Source: Chiloscyllium plagiosum (lineage: Eukaryota). Taken from it: a stretch of 64,000 nucleotides of DNA. Below, piece after piece: positions 48,100 through 61,040 of this stretch (position 1 is its first letter; every line of letters begins with the position of its first letter). The DNA is taken from the NCBI RefSeq assembly GCF_004010195.1, contig NC_057753.1, positions 13,319,979 to 13,383,978 of the forward strand. Reading direction: 5' to 3'. The notes beneath the pieces were generated by a model, which saw nothing but the letters and a program-made list of their open reading frames with translations, ran no database searches and had not been told where the DNA came from. The translations under genes and the position numbers were made by a program.

Positions 48100-48433
48100 A
48101 TCTTAGATTCCCTACAGTGTGGAAACAGGCCCTTCGGCCCAACAAGTCCACACAGATCCTCCAAAAGGTGTCCCAGCCGAACCCATTCCCCATTACTCTA
48201 CGTTTCCCTTTAACCTGCAAATCCCTGAACACTATGGACAATTTAGCATGGTCATTTCACCTAACTTACACATGTTTGGTTTGTGGGAGGAAACCGGAGC
48301 ACCCGGAGGAAACCCACGCAGACACAGGGAGAATGTGCAAACTCGACACAGACAATAGCTCGAAGGTGAAATCAAACCCAAGTCCCTGGTGTTGTGAGGC
48401 AGCAGTGCTAACCACTGAGCTGCCGTGCTGCCC
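48100..48433 (-). mobile_element. HE1-like V-SINE
   Basis: Head, V-domain and tail. Confidence 0.88.
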
Positions 48434-48989
48434 ATCGGGTCCAGGTGACAAGTTTCTGAATTCGTTAGTTTCCTTCATCCAAAATTGACTCTCGTTCGCA
48501 CCCACTCCTTGCTCAAGGTCCATTCAGTGTTTAACTTTCCTCAGATCTGATGAAAGCTCATTGACTTGAAACATTCACTCTTTCTCTCCACATTACAAAA
48601 CTCGGCAGTTTGGCTGTTTAATAGCGAACTACTCAAAGACAGATTACGTGCAGGGGGGCACTTTGGTGGGAGGAGTGCAAAAATCACTTAGTCCCTGGCG
48701 AATAAGGAAGTGAATGGAAAAGCAGAAACCAACCTCAGCTGTTTTATGACAGGCTGACATGTTTGACTCCTGTATTTTAAACTGTCTGCCTGGACCAGAG
48801 TGCCAAACTTGAATTTTCTTTCAAATTCATTCACACAATGTGAACGTTCTCGGCCAGAGTTTACTGGCCCTGCAACCCAGTTATAAGAAATATTAACATC
48901 AGCAACATCACCTGACATAATGACCTTGGTTCAGTTCTTCGTGTGATCCAGTGCAGAATATGATTACAACAGCAGAATCTGCCCTGGCC

Positions 48990-50870
48990 GTCACTATGAA
49001 CGTGCCGGTGTCTCAGCAAGTTGACTAAATGAGCAATCTCTCCCCGATTTGAAGATGCCTGGGTCTCAGCAGGTGGGATGACTGAATGAATTCGTTCCCT
49101 CACTTAGAGTGGCATCTCCCCATCTGATACATCACCGGACACTTTCTGAGCCTAAGGATCGTCTCACAATGAGAACACTTGAAAGGTCAGTGTGAACAAT
49201 TTGATCGTCATTGAGCTGCGATTGCTGAGTGAATCTCCTCCCACATGTGAATCGATCGAATGGTCTCTGCTGGGTGCGAATTCGCGAGTATATGAGTAAA
49301 TGGGGCGAATCAATGAATCGTTTTCCACACAGACACACACACACCAAATAAATGTCCCCGGTGTCAGCTCGTTGGTGTCTCACAGTGGGACACAGTGAGT
49401 TTAGAAGATTAAGGGGAGACTTAATAGAGACGTACAAAATAATACATGGCTTGGAAAAGGTGGATGCTAGGAAATTGTTTCAGTTAAACGAGGAGACTAG
49501 GACCCGTGGACACAGCCTTAGAATTAGAGGGGGTCATTTCAGAACAGAAATGAGGAGATATTTCTTCAGCCAGAGAGTGGTGGGCCTGTGGAATTCATTG
49601 CCACGGAGTGCAGTGGAAGCCGGGACGCTAAATGTCTTCAAGGCCGAGATTGATAGATTCTTGTTGTCTAGAGGAATTAAGGGCTACGGGGAGAATGCTG
49701 GTAAGTGGAGCTGAAATGCGCATCATGATTGAATGGCGGAGTGGACTCGATGGGCCGAATGGCCTTACTTCCACTCCTATGTCTTATGGTCTTATGGATG
49801 AGCGAGTGAATTTCTTCCCACAGGTGGAACAGGTGAATGCCCTCTCCCCAGTGCAAACTCGCTGGTGTGTCAACAGATCCTGTTCACTTTTAAAGCTTTT
49901 CTCACAGGCAGAACATTTGAAAGGTCTTTGATCAGCGTGAAACCGCTGATGGCGTCTGTAATCGGGATAAACACCTGAATATGCTCACACTCAGGGAGCA
50001 AGGAAACGATCTCTCCCCACTGTGAATGCGTTGATGGACTTGCAAGTCAATTTTACTTTTAAAGCGTTTTCCACAGTCAGAACATGGGTAAGGTCTCTCA
50101 TCAGTGTGAACAAATTGGTGTGTCAGAAGATGGGGGTGACACAATGAATCCCTTCCATACAATTCCTACAGTGTGGAACCAGGCCATTCGGCCCACCAAG
50201 TCCACACCAACAAGAGTAGACGAACCAGATCCATTTCCCCTTGATAATGTCCCGAATGTACGCGTTCCTGAACGCTGTGGATAATTTAGCGTGGCCAATT
50301 CTCACCCTAACCTACACATCTTTGGAGTGCTGGGGGAAACCCACGCAGACACGGGGAGAACGTGCAAACTCCACACAGACAGTCGCCCGAGGTGGAGCAA
50401 GAGTGAGGACTGATCCATGTGTGCGTGTGTTGGTGTCTCAGCTGTTTGCTTTTGAAGCTGTTCTCTCGATCACAGCATGTAAAATGTCTCTGGTCAGAAT
50501 GAACTGATCAATCAGGAGCTTTGATGAAGGATTGGACCGTTCCTGACAATCACGATCAGTGAACGGTCTCCTGTACACTTTGGTGTGTTTTGAGGCTGGA
50601 TACGTTTGCAATTTTTTTTTATTCCACACCCGAGGGGCACGTGAATGCCTTCTCTCCAGTGTGGAAACAGGCCCTTCGGCCCAACAAGTCCAGTGTGTCG
50701 GCGGTCATGGATATCCAGTTCGCACGGGTAATTGAATCGAGTCCCGCACTCCCCACATTTGCACAGTTTCTCCATGGTGCAAGTGTCCTTGTGACTCTCC
50801 AGGTTAATCAACTGAAGCCTTGCCCCTGCACAGAACATATATAGTCTCTGCTCACTGAAAACTAGGCGAT
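48990..50870 (-). pseudogene. C2H2 zinc-finger pseudogene interrupted by CR1 and SINE insertions
   Basis: [43 protein letters not shown] and LLRHRHVHS, with frameshifts. CR1 at 49395-49795; SINE pieces at 50160-50395 and 50655-50695. Confidence 0.85.
49395..49795 (+). mobile_element. CR1/HER1 LINE 3' end
   Basis: EFRRLRGDLIETYKI..FFSQRVVGLWNSLP, with a (tcttatgg)n tail. Confidence 0.92.
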
Positions 50871-51660
50871 TTATTTCAGGCTGCGTAATTACTCTCTTTT
50901 GAAACCTCCTGTCGAATCCACCAACACGACTCTCCCTGGGCAACACGTTTCCAGCTCTTAGCAACGCTCGGAGTAAACAAATTTCTCCTAGCTCTCTTGC
51001 TAATGATTTCGAAATTATGACCCATAGTTAGTGACCTACTGCCCTCAGGGTGTGAGAGCCGTGCACCTGTTAACGTTTTTCTCTATTTCTTTGCTCATTT
51101 CTACACAGAACTGTTAAACATGCGGTTTTTGTAATACAGCTGCTTTACAGTTCCATACCTTTGATCTCTGAAAAACCACGTTCATTTACACTGGAATCAC
51201 AAAGGAGAATACTTTGTTTTCTTTTTTAAAAAAAAAAGGTAAATCCCTCTCCCTTACTCTCTACTTCTGACTATTTTTCGTGGTTTCTCTTTCAATCTGT
51301 CTCAGTGTGTCAGATTGTCTCTTTCAGGAACCATGTTGATTTTTGCAGGAACTGTTCTGCCTGTTTATGTCTCACGGGATTTTGCTGCCCGTATATCCCT
51401 AACTTCCTCTCCATTTCTAATTGCTTTCGTTCACCCTGCTCTCTACGGACATTGCTGAACGTTGAATAATTCCTAGGGTGCCTTTCTGCATCGGTTGGCC
51501 TATTATTTCTGGATGCAGTCACAGGCGGGTAACTGACGGTTTCAAGTTCTCGTGCCACCCACCCGTCATAAGTAGATTTGGCAACACAGAGGTTATAATC
51601 CAGTTCGCTGATAAATCGTGCATGTGGCCTTTACTGTGAATATTCACTTCAAAGCACTCT

Positions 51661-51940
51661 CACAGTGGCACAGTGGTTAGCACTGCTGCCTCACAGCGCC
51701 AGAGACCCGGGTTCAATTCCCGCCTCGGGCGACTGACTGTGTGGAGTTTGCACATTCTCCCCGTGTCTGCATGAGTTTCCTCCGGGTGCTCCAGTTTCCT
51801 CCCATAGTCACAAAGATGTGCAGGTCAGGTGAATTGTCCCTAGTGTTAGATAAGGGGTAAATGTAGGGGTATGGGTGGTCGGTGGGTCGGTGTGGACTTG
51901 TTGGGCCGAAGGGCCTGTTTCCACACTGTAAAGTAATCTA
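51661..51940 (+). mobile_element. HE1-like V-SINE
   Basis: Head, V-domain and tail. Confidence 0.9.
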
Positions 51941-52409
51941 AACTGTACCTCTGCCCTTCTCCTTCAGAATTGCATTGGATGACAAGCCCCAGCGCCTCAC
52001 TGTTCTTTGTCAATCCCAGAGCAGAGCATGCTGACACACACAGTAATCAGAGTAAAAAAATCCAAACACGAAAGCGCTGACGCAAGTTGCTGAATTATGT
52101 CACAATAAAATAGTATTTCAATTGAAAATAAACAAAACAAAGCTGTTTAGATATGTAAGTCATTAATAAAAGCACGTTCGAGAACTTTGAACATGCTTTT
52201 CCTTCGAGTATTCATTAACTTTCTTTCAAACAGTTAGAAATAGTATGAAATATGATAGTATGTGATAGGAGCAATAGCAAGGCTTGCCCCCATCATTTCG
52301 TAAGATCATGGCTGATATGTTTATGTTTCAAATTCCGCATTCCCATTTGCTAGCGATCACGTTTCATTCTCTTGCTCAACAAGAATCTGTCCACCTACTT
52401 TCTTTAAGT

Positions 52410-52540
52410 ATTTAGATTAGATTAGATTAGATTACTTACAGTGTGGAAACAGGCCCTTCGGCCCAACAAGTAGGTGGGAATTGAACCCGGGTCTCAGGCA
52501 CTGTGAGGCAGCAGTGCTAACCACTGTGCCACCGTGCCGC
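52410..52540 (-). mobile_element. Internally deleted HE1-like SINE (head joined to tail)
   Basis: The tRNA head runs directly into cttgttgggccgaagggcc..(tctaa)n. Confidence 0.8.
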
Positions 52541-52679
52541 TATTTAATATTCCTGCTTCCACAGTCCTCTGAATCAGGGTTCCAAAATTGAACCAACCGA
52601 AACATAAAACCTTCCTTGTCTCTGCGCGAAAGCACTAACTACCACTTTGATAAATGATGGTCCGCATTTGTGGACGAGG

Positions 52680-52890
52680 AGAAAGTGAGGACTGCAGACG
52701 CTGGAGATCAGAATCGAAAAGTGTGGTGCTGGAAAAGCACAGCCGGCCCGCGGCATCCAAGTCGCAGGAGATTCGACGTTTCGAGTATAAGCTGTTCATC
52801 AGGAATCTGACGAAGCGCTTATGCTCGAAACGTCGACTCTTCTGCTCCTCGGATGCTGCCTGAGCGGCTGTGCTTTTCCAGCACCACAGT
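52680..52890. mobile_element. Penelope-like short palindromic element
   Basis: Inverted arms around tcatcaggaatctgacga. Confidence 0.75.
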
Positions 52891-55800
52891 TTTCGACAAA
52901 TTTGTGGACTGACCAAATAGACAACATATCTTTTGTGTGCAAACCTTGCCAAGGTCATTTTGGACCTTGTAAACTTAAATCAAGTCACCGCTCGCTGTTA
53001 TCAGCTTCAGTGGCAATGACTCTCTGACATTATAAATGCACATTTCCAACCTATACTGATAAGGCGCTCCACCCTCTTCAGGTCTTAATCTTCTCTGAAC
53101 CATTTACACTAAATACTTCCTTAGAAATGCCCACACAGTTCTTTCTCATAGTCACATCAATGCTCTGTAGAATGAAGTCACATTATTCTTACGTTCGTGT
53201 TCACCTGGTCTGCTAATAAAGGTTAGTATCTAATTTGCCTTTCTGGTTACTATCTGTACCTGGTTACTGACTCTGTGTGATTCTTACACGTGAATAGTTA
53301 AATTCCTCTGAAACATTGCATTCTGCAGTCGTTCTCCATCCTGCAATGTTTCACATCATTTTTCCCGACACATTTTGGTGTTGTCTGCCATACTTTCTCT
53401 CCCCTCATCTTGTCGAATAATTTAAATTGTGAATCGTTAAGGTCCCAACGTAGAACCCTGCCGGATACCTCATGTCACATCCTGCCAATTGGAAAACTCT
53501 CAGTTTTGTTTTGCTGTTTTCCTCCAGTCGGCCACTTTCATATTCAAGCTAATATGTATTTCCTGCATCAAGAACTTTCATTTACTGCAAATACCTTGTC
53601 CTAAGCCTCTGACAGTCCGAGTGCAGTGTGTCTGCAGGTTCTCCTTTTATCCATGACTCATGTTGTCCCTTCATGAATTCCAACAAGTTGGTTAAATATA
53701 AGTTCCCTTTAATGAAACCACGTTGGATCTTCCCAACTATATTGAGTCTTGTCCACGTGGCCCGTTAAAATAACTTAAAGAAATGAGGATGCTGGACATC
53801 TGAAACGAAAAACATGAGTTCCTGGAGAAACCAAGTCGGTCTGGCAAAATTTGTGGGGAGAAAACAGAGTCAATGGTTCAAGTCTGGTGATTCTTTATCA
53901 TAATTCAGTTTTGATGAACAGTCACTGGACTGGAAACGCGAATTCTGCTTTCTCCTCACAGATTCTGCCGGAAGTGTTGTTTCTCCAGCCATTTCTACAA
54001 TGTCACAATCTCTTTAATGATCAATTACAACACCGTCTCATGACAGACGTTCATCTAATTGACATAAAACTCCTTATTATCTTTGCCTCCCTCTTTTCTT
54101 GTTCAGAAAGGTTATATTTGTTGTTATCCAGTTACAGGGAACCTTTTCTGAATCGACGGAATTTTGGAATTTTAACATCAACCGATCAACTTGCTTTTTT
54201 TAAATCAACCTCTTTTAAAATTCTTCTCTGTGAAATTGGAACATAGTAGAATTCTAAAGGACCTGAAAAATCGGGGGATCACTCTCCAGGAACGTCTCTC
54301 ACACCGGGTGAGAGAATCTGAATGGTTCCAGCATTTTGGACAAAGGTAAGATGAAGTTATGTTATTGTATCTCAGACTGTTGTAGGTATTCAGCAGCTGA
54401 ATCAACATATATTCTAATACTAAAAGAATCAAAAACATGGGAATAGTATAGGATCTTGGCGTTGATATAGATTTACCATAACTGAATTGAAATGGGGAAG
54501 GCTGGAAATTTGGAATGGCCTGCATTTGCTTTTTCCAATGTTATCAACTTGGATTTTTAACAATCATGACACAAAACACAAACAATAAGACACGTTTATC
54601 CAGTGTGTTATAGCAGACTGACTTCTCTTTGGAAAATAAAATGGAAAACCGATTTTTTTTTTTGTTTACCCATGCTCTTTTTCAACGTGGAGTTCCATGA
54701 TTTCTAAACACCCTATTTGCTTGATTTTTGACCAACATGTTGCCGAGAGTCTGACACTTCCGACATACCAGAAGTCTCTTTGTACCAGAGGTCCTGGTGT
54801 TCAGTACAGTACTCAGTAATTGTCATCTGATTCAGTGATGGAAGTGATAATTAAGTTAAAAATGTGATTGAATAATAACAACAATATTCTCGCGGTCATA
54901 TAAAGCATACAATAATGACCAAGTGGTGCAGATGTTGAAATGAATATTCTAGAACCGTAAGTTGGAACAGCATTATAGCAGGTATGACAATTACATTCTG
55001 TTCATGAATGGATCTGAATTGTGTGTAACAAAGTACAACGATCATGGTTGTCAATAGTAATCAGGAAATAACCAGTTTGTTGTTTGCACCTCATTGATTG
55101 CTTCCTGCATTTTATGTTAGGCAAATCACTAGCTACACTGTCTGATCTATCTTCGATCACACAGCAATTGAATATAATTGCTCTCAGAAACGCCTTTATG
55201 AGCAATTCACACCGATAGGTGATCATTTCATCCTTTAGACATAAGTCAGGTGACAAGGAACACTCGCCAGGTCGAGCATCGATTGTAACAGCACATACAT
55301 ATTACAAACGTGAAACCTGCTCAACAACAAGGAACAGTTCTATCTCACAGTGCAATGTGTCATTAATTTGATTTCGTATGCATGTGCATCAATATGGCGC
55401 CTTCAAAGTTTAACTGATAAAATATGCAAGACTGATATCATAATTGAAGTATAATTTAAAAATTATGAAAGAGCTTGGTAGCATCGATGAGAAATATATG
55501 CTCCACCTTCATGAGTATCAGAATGACAAGGAATAATTGACAAAACCATCAAGACATTTATTAATCTACTGAGATCTTAGATCCACTGAAGTAATGATCG
55601 TAGATACGTTTAAAGAAATCTAAGTGAAATGTTTGAAACAGGAAGAGACAGAAAGGATACGATTAGCTTTAAGTGATGTAATGTGCGTGGAGACTTGTGC
55701 AGAGAGTGAACATCAGCACGGACTAGTTACAGTTGCTGTGCAAGACATTCTGTGCAATACAATTCCAGCAAACCTCAGTTTGCAGGCAATGACGTATGTT

Positions 55801-55893
55801 CAGCTTCATTAAGCAACAGAGCAGTGAAATGCATTGTTGTGAGTAATGGAATACCTGATCTTTGTAAAGTCTAGTGAATGCTTTTCAGGACCA

Positions 55894-55932
55894 AGTTTTT
55901 GAACTGTTGTCTCGTTCATTGCTGGCACAGTG
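55894..55932 (-). promoter_or_regulatory. 23-bp-spacer recombination signal sequence (RSS)
   Basis: CACTGTG, then 23 nt (ccagcaatgaacgagacaacagt), then TCAAAAACT, directly 3' of the V exon. Confidence 0.85.
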
Positions 55933-56333
55933 AGTGTTTGGATTGCACATTAATAGACTGCCGAATCCTTCATCGTTGTCCTTCTGAACGCGAAATAGCC
56001 TGCCCTTTGGTTAATTTCAAGCACAATCTCCCATCGACCGACCACGTTCTTGCCGTTTTCTCTGCTGGTCAGGACCCACTCCGGCCTCCCATCTGCTGTC
56101 AGCTTGTACCAATGAAAGGCTGATGCCTTGGAGCTGGTGAAGTTGTAATCAAACTGTGCTGGGTCTCCCAGCTTAACTGTTTTGGAACCGGGCCATTGCA
56201 ATACTTCAATTCCAAAGCCACTGCCTGGGGAAACATGAAGAATATTTCTGCTAATTAAACAGGAAACGAAGAGGTCGGGCTGCTTTTGTACAAGAAAATT
56301 GCAGATCAACAAAAGTCGAAAGATGCAGTGCAT
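55933..56333 (-). pseudogene. Antigen-receptor (TCR-like) V gene segment pseudogene
   Basis: Leader-like MHCIFRLLLICNFLV. V exon from 56224: GSGFGIEVLQWPGSKTVKLGDPAQFDYNF..FHWYK..RPEWVL..DSAVY*CAIQT. The B-strand Cys is Tyr, and YYC is interrupted by TAA. An RSS follows. Confidence 0.85.
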
Positions 56334-58149
56334 TTTTCCTGTTATGAAACCCCATTATTCATTGAATATGCAAGATATAATTATCACAATACAATATTTT
56401 GACATTCATTATTTCAATGCTGTCTTCCTTAATGGATAATGCATTTCTTCAAGGGATGATCTTTGTGCAAGATGATACCGCCAGGTCATACTAGGAGTAT
56501 ATTAGATATCGTTTCAGAATCGTTATATACAGACAATATTAATGCCCAGTGTTTGAAATGAGATATAGAATGCTCACAGGAGATGAACAGGAAAAATAAA
56601 TGCATTGCACGCATGGCTGAATCTCTTAATAGTAGTGAATGACAGGTTATAGTTCTTTCATGAAAGCTGGTGATGGATCTGTTGGTGAATTCCTGAGGGT
56701 TCTTGTAAAAGCAGATCTAGCGCCGCTACTTCCTATCCGTTACGTCACTGGTTACAGGAAGAGGAGGAAAGAAACAAGGCAAGAAATACGAGAATTATAT
56801 CAACAGCAAATATTTCAATATATAATGTGGCATGCTACAGAAAATGAACACGGTTGTGTCGAAAAAAAAAACACACACACATTTCACGTGATGATGAAAA
56901 CTGCAAGGCGAAAGTTGTCCCGAAAATTCTCGGGTGATTTAAATTGCAAGTGCTTGCAGAAGCGAATGTATAAAGCCAGGCAGAATCTATGGTCAATCAA
57001 CTGGTTATTCCAATCTTCTTCAGCTTTTATAGGTTTGAGAGTTCAATAAATTCAGACTGCAAACTCTCTCCACCGTTTTAACACAAATATTACTCCTCAA
57101 TCGTTGTCTTAGTTTTCAAGATGTTGTTTTCGTCAGAGCTGATACTTATTCTGTTGTCAACACGTACAACAGTGTTGATCGATTAGTTATCCTCCTTATA
57201 GCCATTATCACCGCTTCTGACTTTTGTTTATGGACTATTTGGTTTCTAATCTCACTCGCCACTTTTTTTATTTGTTGAACATCCTTCTGGTTCACCTTTC
57301 CTCCCCTGTTTAACAGTATTGAAGTTAATACTTTACCAGCTCTTCAGTTCCAAAGGAGAATCAAATTGGACTGGAAAAGTTAATTGTGTTTTTTTTTCCC
57401 TCCTGTCCATTGTTCTTGCAGACATGTTGAGATTTCCCTTGACTTGCGCCTTAAATTTCAGATCCCCAGTACCTGTTGTCTATTAGTTTTGATCAGAATT
57501 GGCTCTGGTTCGCTTATCATGGTGGGAGAGAGCACGTCCTTGTTATATCTCCACGGGTCCCTTGAACAATTTATAATATCACATGCAACCCCCAAGAAAA
57601 TTCGGTATACGAGCACGCCATTAAGTCACTCTCGTCTGCTCTGCCACTTGGTCAGATTATTATTGATCTGAATCCAAGCTCAACTCCACGTCTCCACGTT
57701 TACCTTTGATAAACACTGGCTCCTTACATCAGATCAAGGCTCGTTCATCAACGTATTGAGAACTGCCATGGTTTATACGGGAAACCGTTTCTTCAGTTAT
57801 TGTAGCATGAATTCCCTACTCAGTTTATTACATATTAGGCGTCTCATTTTATATTTTGCAACAGCTAACATTTACATCACTGCATTGTACCCAATTCTGT
57901 TAATAATAATAACGTAAGCTCTACCTTGTTATTGTGACACTATTCTGTATTTCTTTTAATTCATGAATAAGTCCAGCCTTGCTATTAAATGATGTCTCAG
58001 TGAGTACTGAGCCAAATAATATCACTGTTTATGTTACACAAGATTATAAAGTGGTAACGTTTTTTTCAGACTGTCCCTCATTCTATTTGTATAACATGCT
58101 ATTTCTTTATTACCGTAATTAACACATCTCTTTATGCTACAGATAGAGG

Positions 58150-59290
58150 TGTGTTACATAGAAACAAATAGTACGTAGAAAATAGGAATGGGGTAGGTCA
58201 CTTGCCCTTTAGAGCTTGCTTTGCCATTCAATATAATCATGGTTGATCATCCAACTCAATTCAGCCAATTCAACGTCCAAGGTTTTACACTATGCCCTGC
58301 GATGCCATTAATCCTAACCCATTCTGAAAACTTTTAACACTTGCACCTCAATTGTAATCTGTGGCAAAATAATTTTACAGGCTCACCACTCTCTGCATAG
58401 AAAATATTATCTTCGTCTCAGTCCTACATCCGACCCCCTAGCCTTACTCTGTTTCTAATCGCCTGTTCATTAGAAACATCACCCTGTGCTTAGCCTGTCG
58501 AATCCTGTTAGTATGTTATAGGTTTCCATGAGCTCTCTCCCCTATCCTGTCAATGCTTCCACATTTGAGTGAATGTAGTCATAGTTGAGAGTGTGTTGTT
58601 GGAAAAGCACAGCAGGTCAGGGAGCATCCGAGAAACAGGAAATTCCTGATAGAGGGTTCCAGCCCAAAACATCGATTTTCCTGCTCCTTGGATGCTGCCT
58701 GACTCGCTATGCTATTCCAGCAACACACTCTCAACTCTGATCTCCAGCATCTGCAGACCTCACTGTCTCCTGGTTGATTTCAGTTATACTGCAAAGCCTC
58801 TTCCAAGGATGCCTGCCTTGAAGAAGTTCTCCTCCTCTCTATGCAAAGATGTCAGTGAGTCTCTGTCTCACTGTACTCCCCAAGTCCTCTCCTCTGTCCT
58901 TTCCTGCTGAAGGGCTCTGGCCCAAAATGTCACTTTTCCTGGTCCTTGGATGCGGCCTGACCTGGTGTCCTTTTTCCAGCAACACACTCTCAACTCTGAT
59001 CTCTAGCATCTTCAGACCTCACTGTCTCCTGACTGTAGTCATAACTGTCCAGTTGCAATTCATACGCCAGGAATTAATTTAGTGAATTTCCATAGCCTGA
59101 ACATCTCCTTTCTAATGAAGTGACTAAACCTGTACACAGTTCTCGAGATATGTCTCACCAAGGCCCTGTAAAATTGCAGCGAGACCTCCCCCATTTGTCC
59201 TCCAACGCCCTCACTTTCAGGCCAACATGCAATTTGCATTATTCACCGTCTGCTGCACCTTCGTATTACTCGACTGCTGTACAAGGACAT
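58150..59290. mobile_element. Degenerate minus-strand CR1 with nested Penelope-like pLTR fragments (58585-59030)
   Basis: CR1 tail catagaaac and ..caacgccctc..ggccaacatgc. Two direct copies of ttccagcaacacactctcaactctgatctc. Confidence 0.65.
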
Positions 59291-60349
59291 CGAGATGGTG
59301 ATTCGGAGCTAGCAGAATGGGCTGAACGACCTCACCTGATATTGTATTGTCAATTGATCTATTTTTTGACAGAAGTGAATGAACAATCAGTGGAGTTGGC
59401 TCAGGTCTGGCCCGGTGATGCATTTAAATAATACTACCCAATGATCAAATGATAAAGATTAACATCACTATAACAGAAAGAGATATCAGTAGTGGTGTAG
59501 CCTGAGCAGGTTTTGTGACATCGTACTGACACCGACACTGCGAAAGAGATGGCCTCTATCGTTCACAAAGGGGTCAACATCTTCAGCAAAGCAAAGAGGC
59601 CAGTGGGGATACTGTCAGGCTGGAATTCAGAGGGAATTTGTTATTGTGCCTTGGACACATTCTGGCAGCGATTACCCAGTGCTGCCCTTTTGCAGATTGT
59701 ATTAACTTCTTGTTGTGTGGATGAAACGCTTGAATCGGTGGGGTTCGGGGTGGGGGTGGGGCTGGGGGGGGGGTGGGGTGGAGTGAGGGTTGCTTCCTTT
59801 ACACTTTTATGGGTCAATAAATCACACATGGACTGTAGCCCTTCCAAGGCAACTCAACACCAGCTTTTTGGGGACAGCCCGGGGTGGTAATAAATGTTGT
59901 CCCAGCCAGTGATTCCCATTTCACATGTGGCAGGTGGGACTAGATTGGATTGGGATATCTAGTCGGCATGGATGTGTTGGACCAAAGGGTCTGTTTCCGT
60001 GCTGTACATCTCCATGACTCTATGTCTCTAATAAAATCTCATCATCGATAGACAAATATATTCTCCTGGAAGTGAAGTGAGGAAGAAGACGCGCATATTT
60101 TCCATGCAACAAAAAATTACGATGGACAAAGCAGTACCAAGTCCATTCAAATCAACTCGTGTTTTCACATGGGGGTAAACATATCTAGAAAGGGAGACAG
60201 GGAAAAGATGTTAGGCAGAGACAAGCGATAACATGTAGATGTAGAGAGAAAATACAGAATAACTATAGATGGAGAAAAATAATGAAGAAGATGTAATCAT
60301 GGAGATTAAGAGGTAAGGATATTATGAAAGAAAACATAGTAAAGGCCCA

Positions 60350-61040
60350 GGCATGCATATTTCCTTGAAAGTGGAGTCGCAGGTCGATAGGAAAATGAAG
60401 AAGGCGTGTAGTATGCTTTCCTTTAATGCTCAGGGCATTGCATAGAGCAGTTGGGAGGTTATGCTACCGCTGCACAGGACATTAGTCCACTTCTGGAATA
60501 TTCTGTGTAACTCTGGTATCTCTCTAATAAGAATAATGTTGTGAAACTTGAAGGGGTTCAGAAAAGATTTGCAAGGATCTTGTCAGGGTGGAAGGTTTGA
60601 GCTATAGGGAGAGTCTGAATAGGCTTGGACTGTTTTCCCTGGAGTGCCAGAGGCGGAGGGGAGGGGTGACCTTAAAGAGGTTTGCAAAATCATGAGGGGC
60701 ATCGATAGGGTAAATAGACAAGGTCTTTTCCCTCGGCGAGGTAGTCCAAAACTAGCGGGCATAGGTTTAAGGTGAGGAGGTAAAGATTTAAAAGGGACCT
60801 ACGGGGCAACATGTTCATGCAGAGGGTAGAGTATGTATGGAATGAGCTGCCAGAGGGAGTGGTAGAGGTTGGTATACTTACAACATTCAAAAGGCATCTG
60901 AATGAGTATAGGAATAGAAAATGTTTGGAGGGATATGGGCCAAGTGCTGGCAAATAGGAATAGATTAGGTTAGGATATCTGGTCAGAATGGGCGAATTGG
61001 ACCGGTGGGTCTATTTCCGTGTGGTCGATCTCTATGACTT
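60350..61040 (+). mobile_element. CR1/HER1 LINE 3' end
   Basis: Matches the 6717-7370 copy in the opposite orientation. Confidence 0.9.

Noticed and set aside
51124-51132. Perfect RSS nonamer GGTTTTTGT
   Set aside because: No heptamer at 12- or 23-bp spacing and no FGxG J segment.
54335-54350. FGQ followed by GTAAG, resembling a J segment
   Set aside because: No FGxGT..V motif and no upstream RSS.
55120-55352. HITNVKPA upstream of CACAGTG at 55346, suggesting a V remnant
   Set aside because: No YYC, no WY and no nonamer; indistinguishable from chance.
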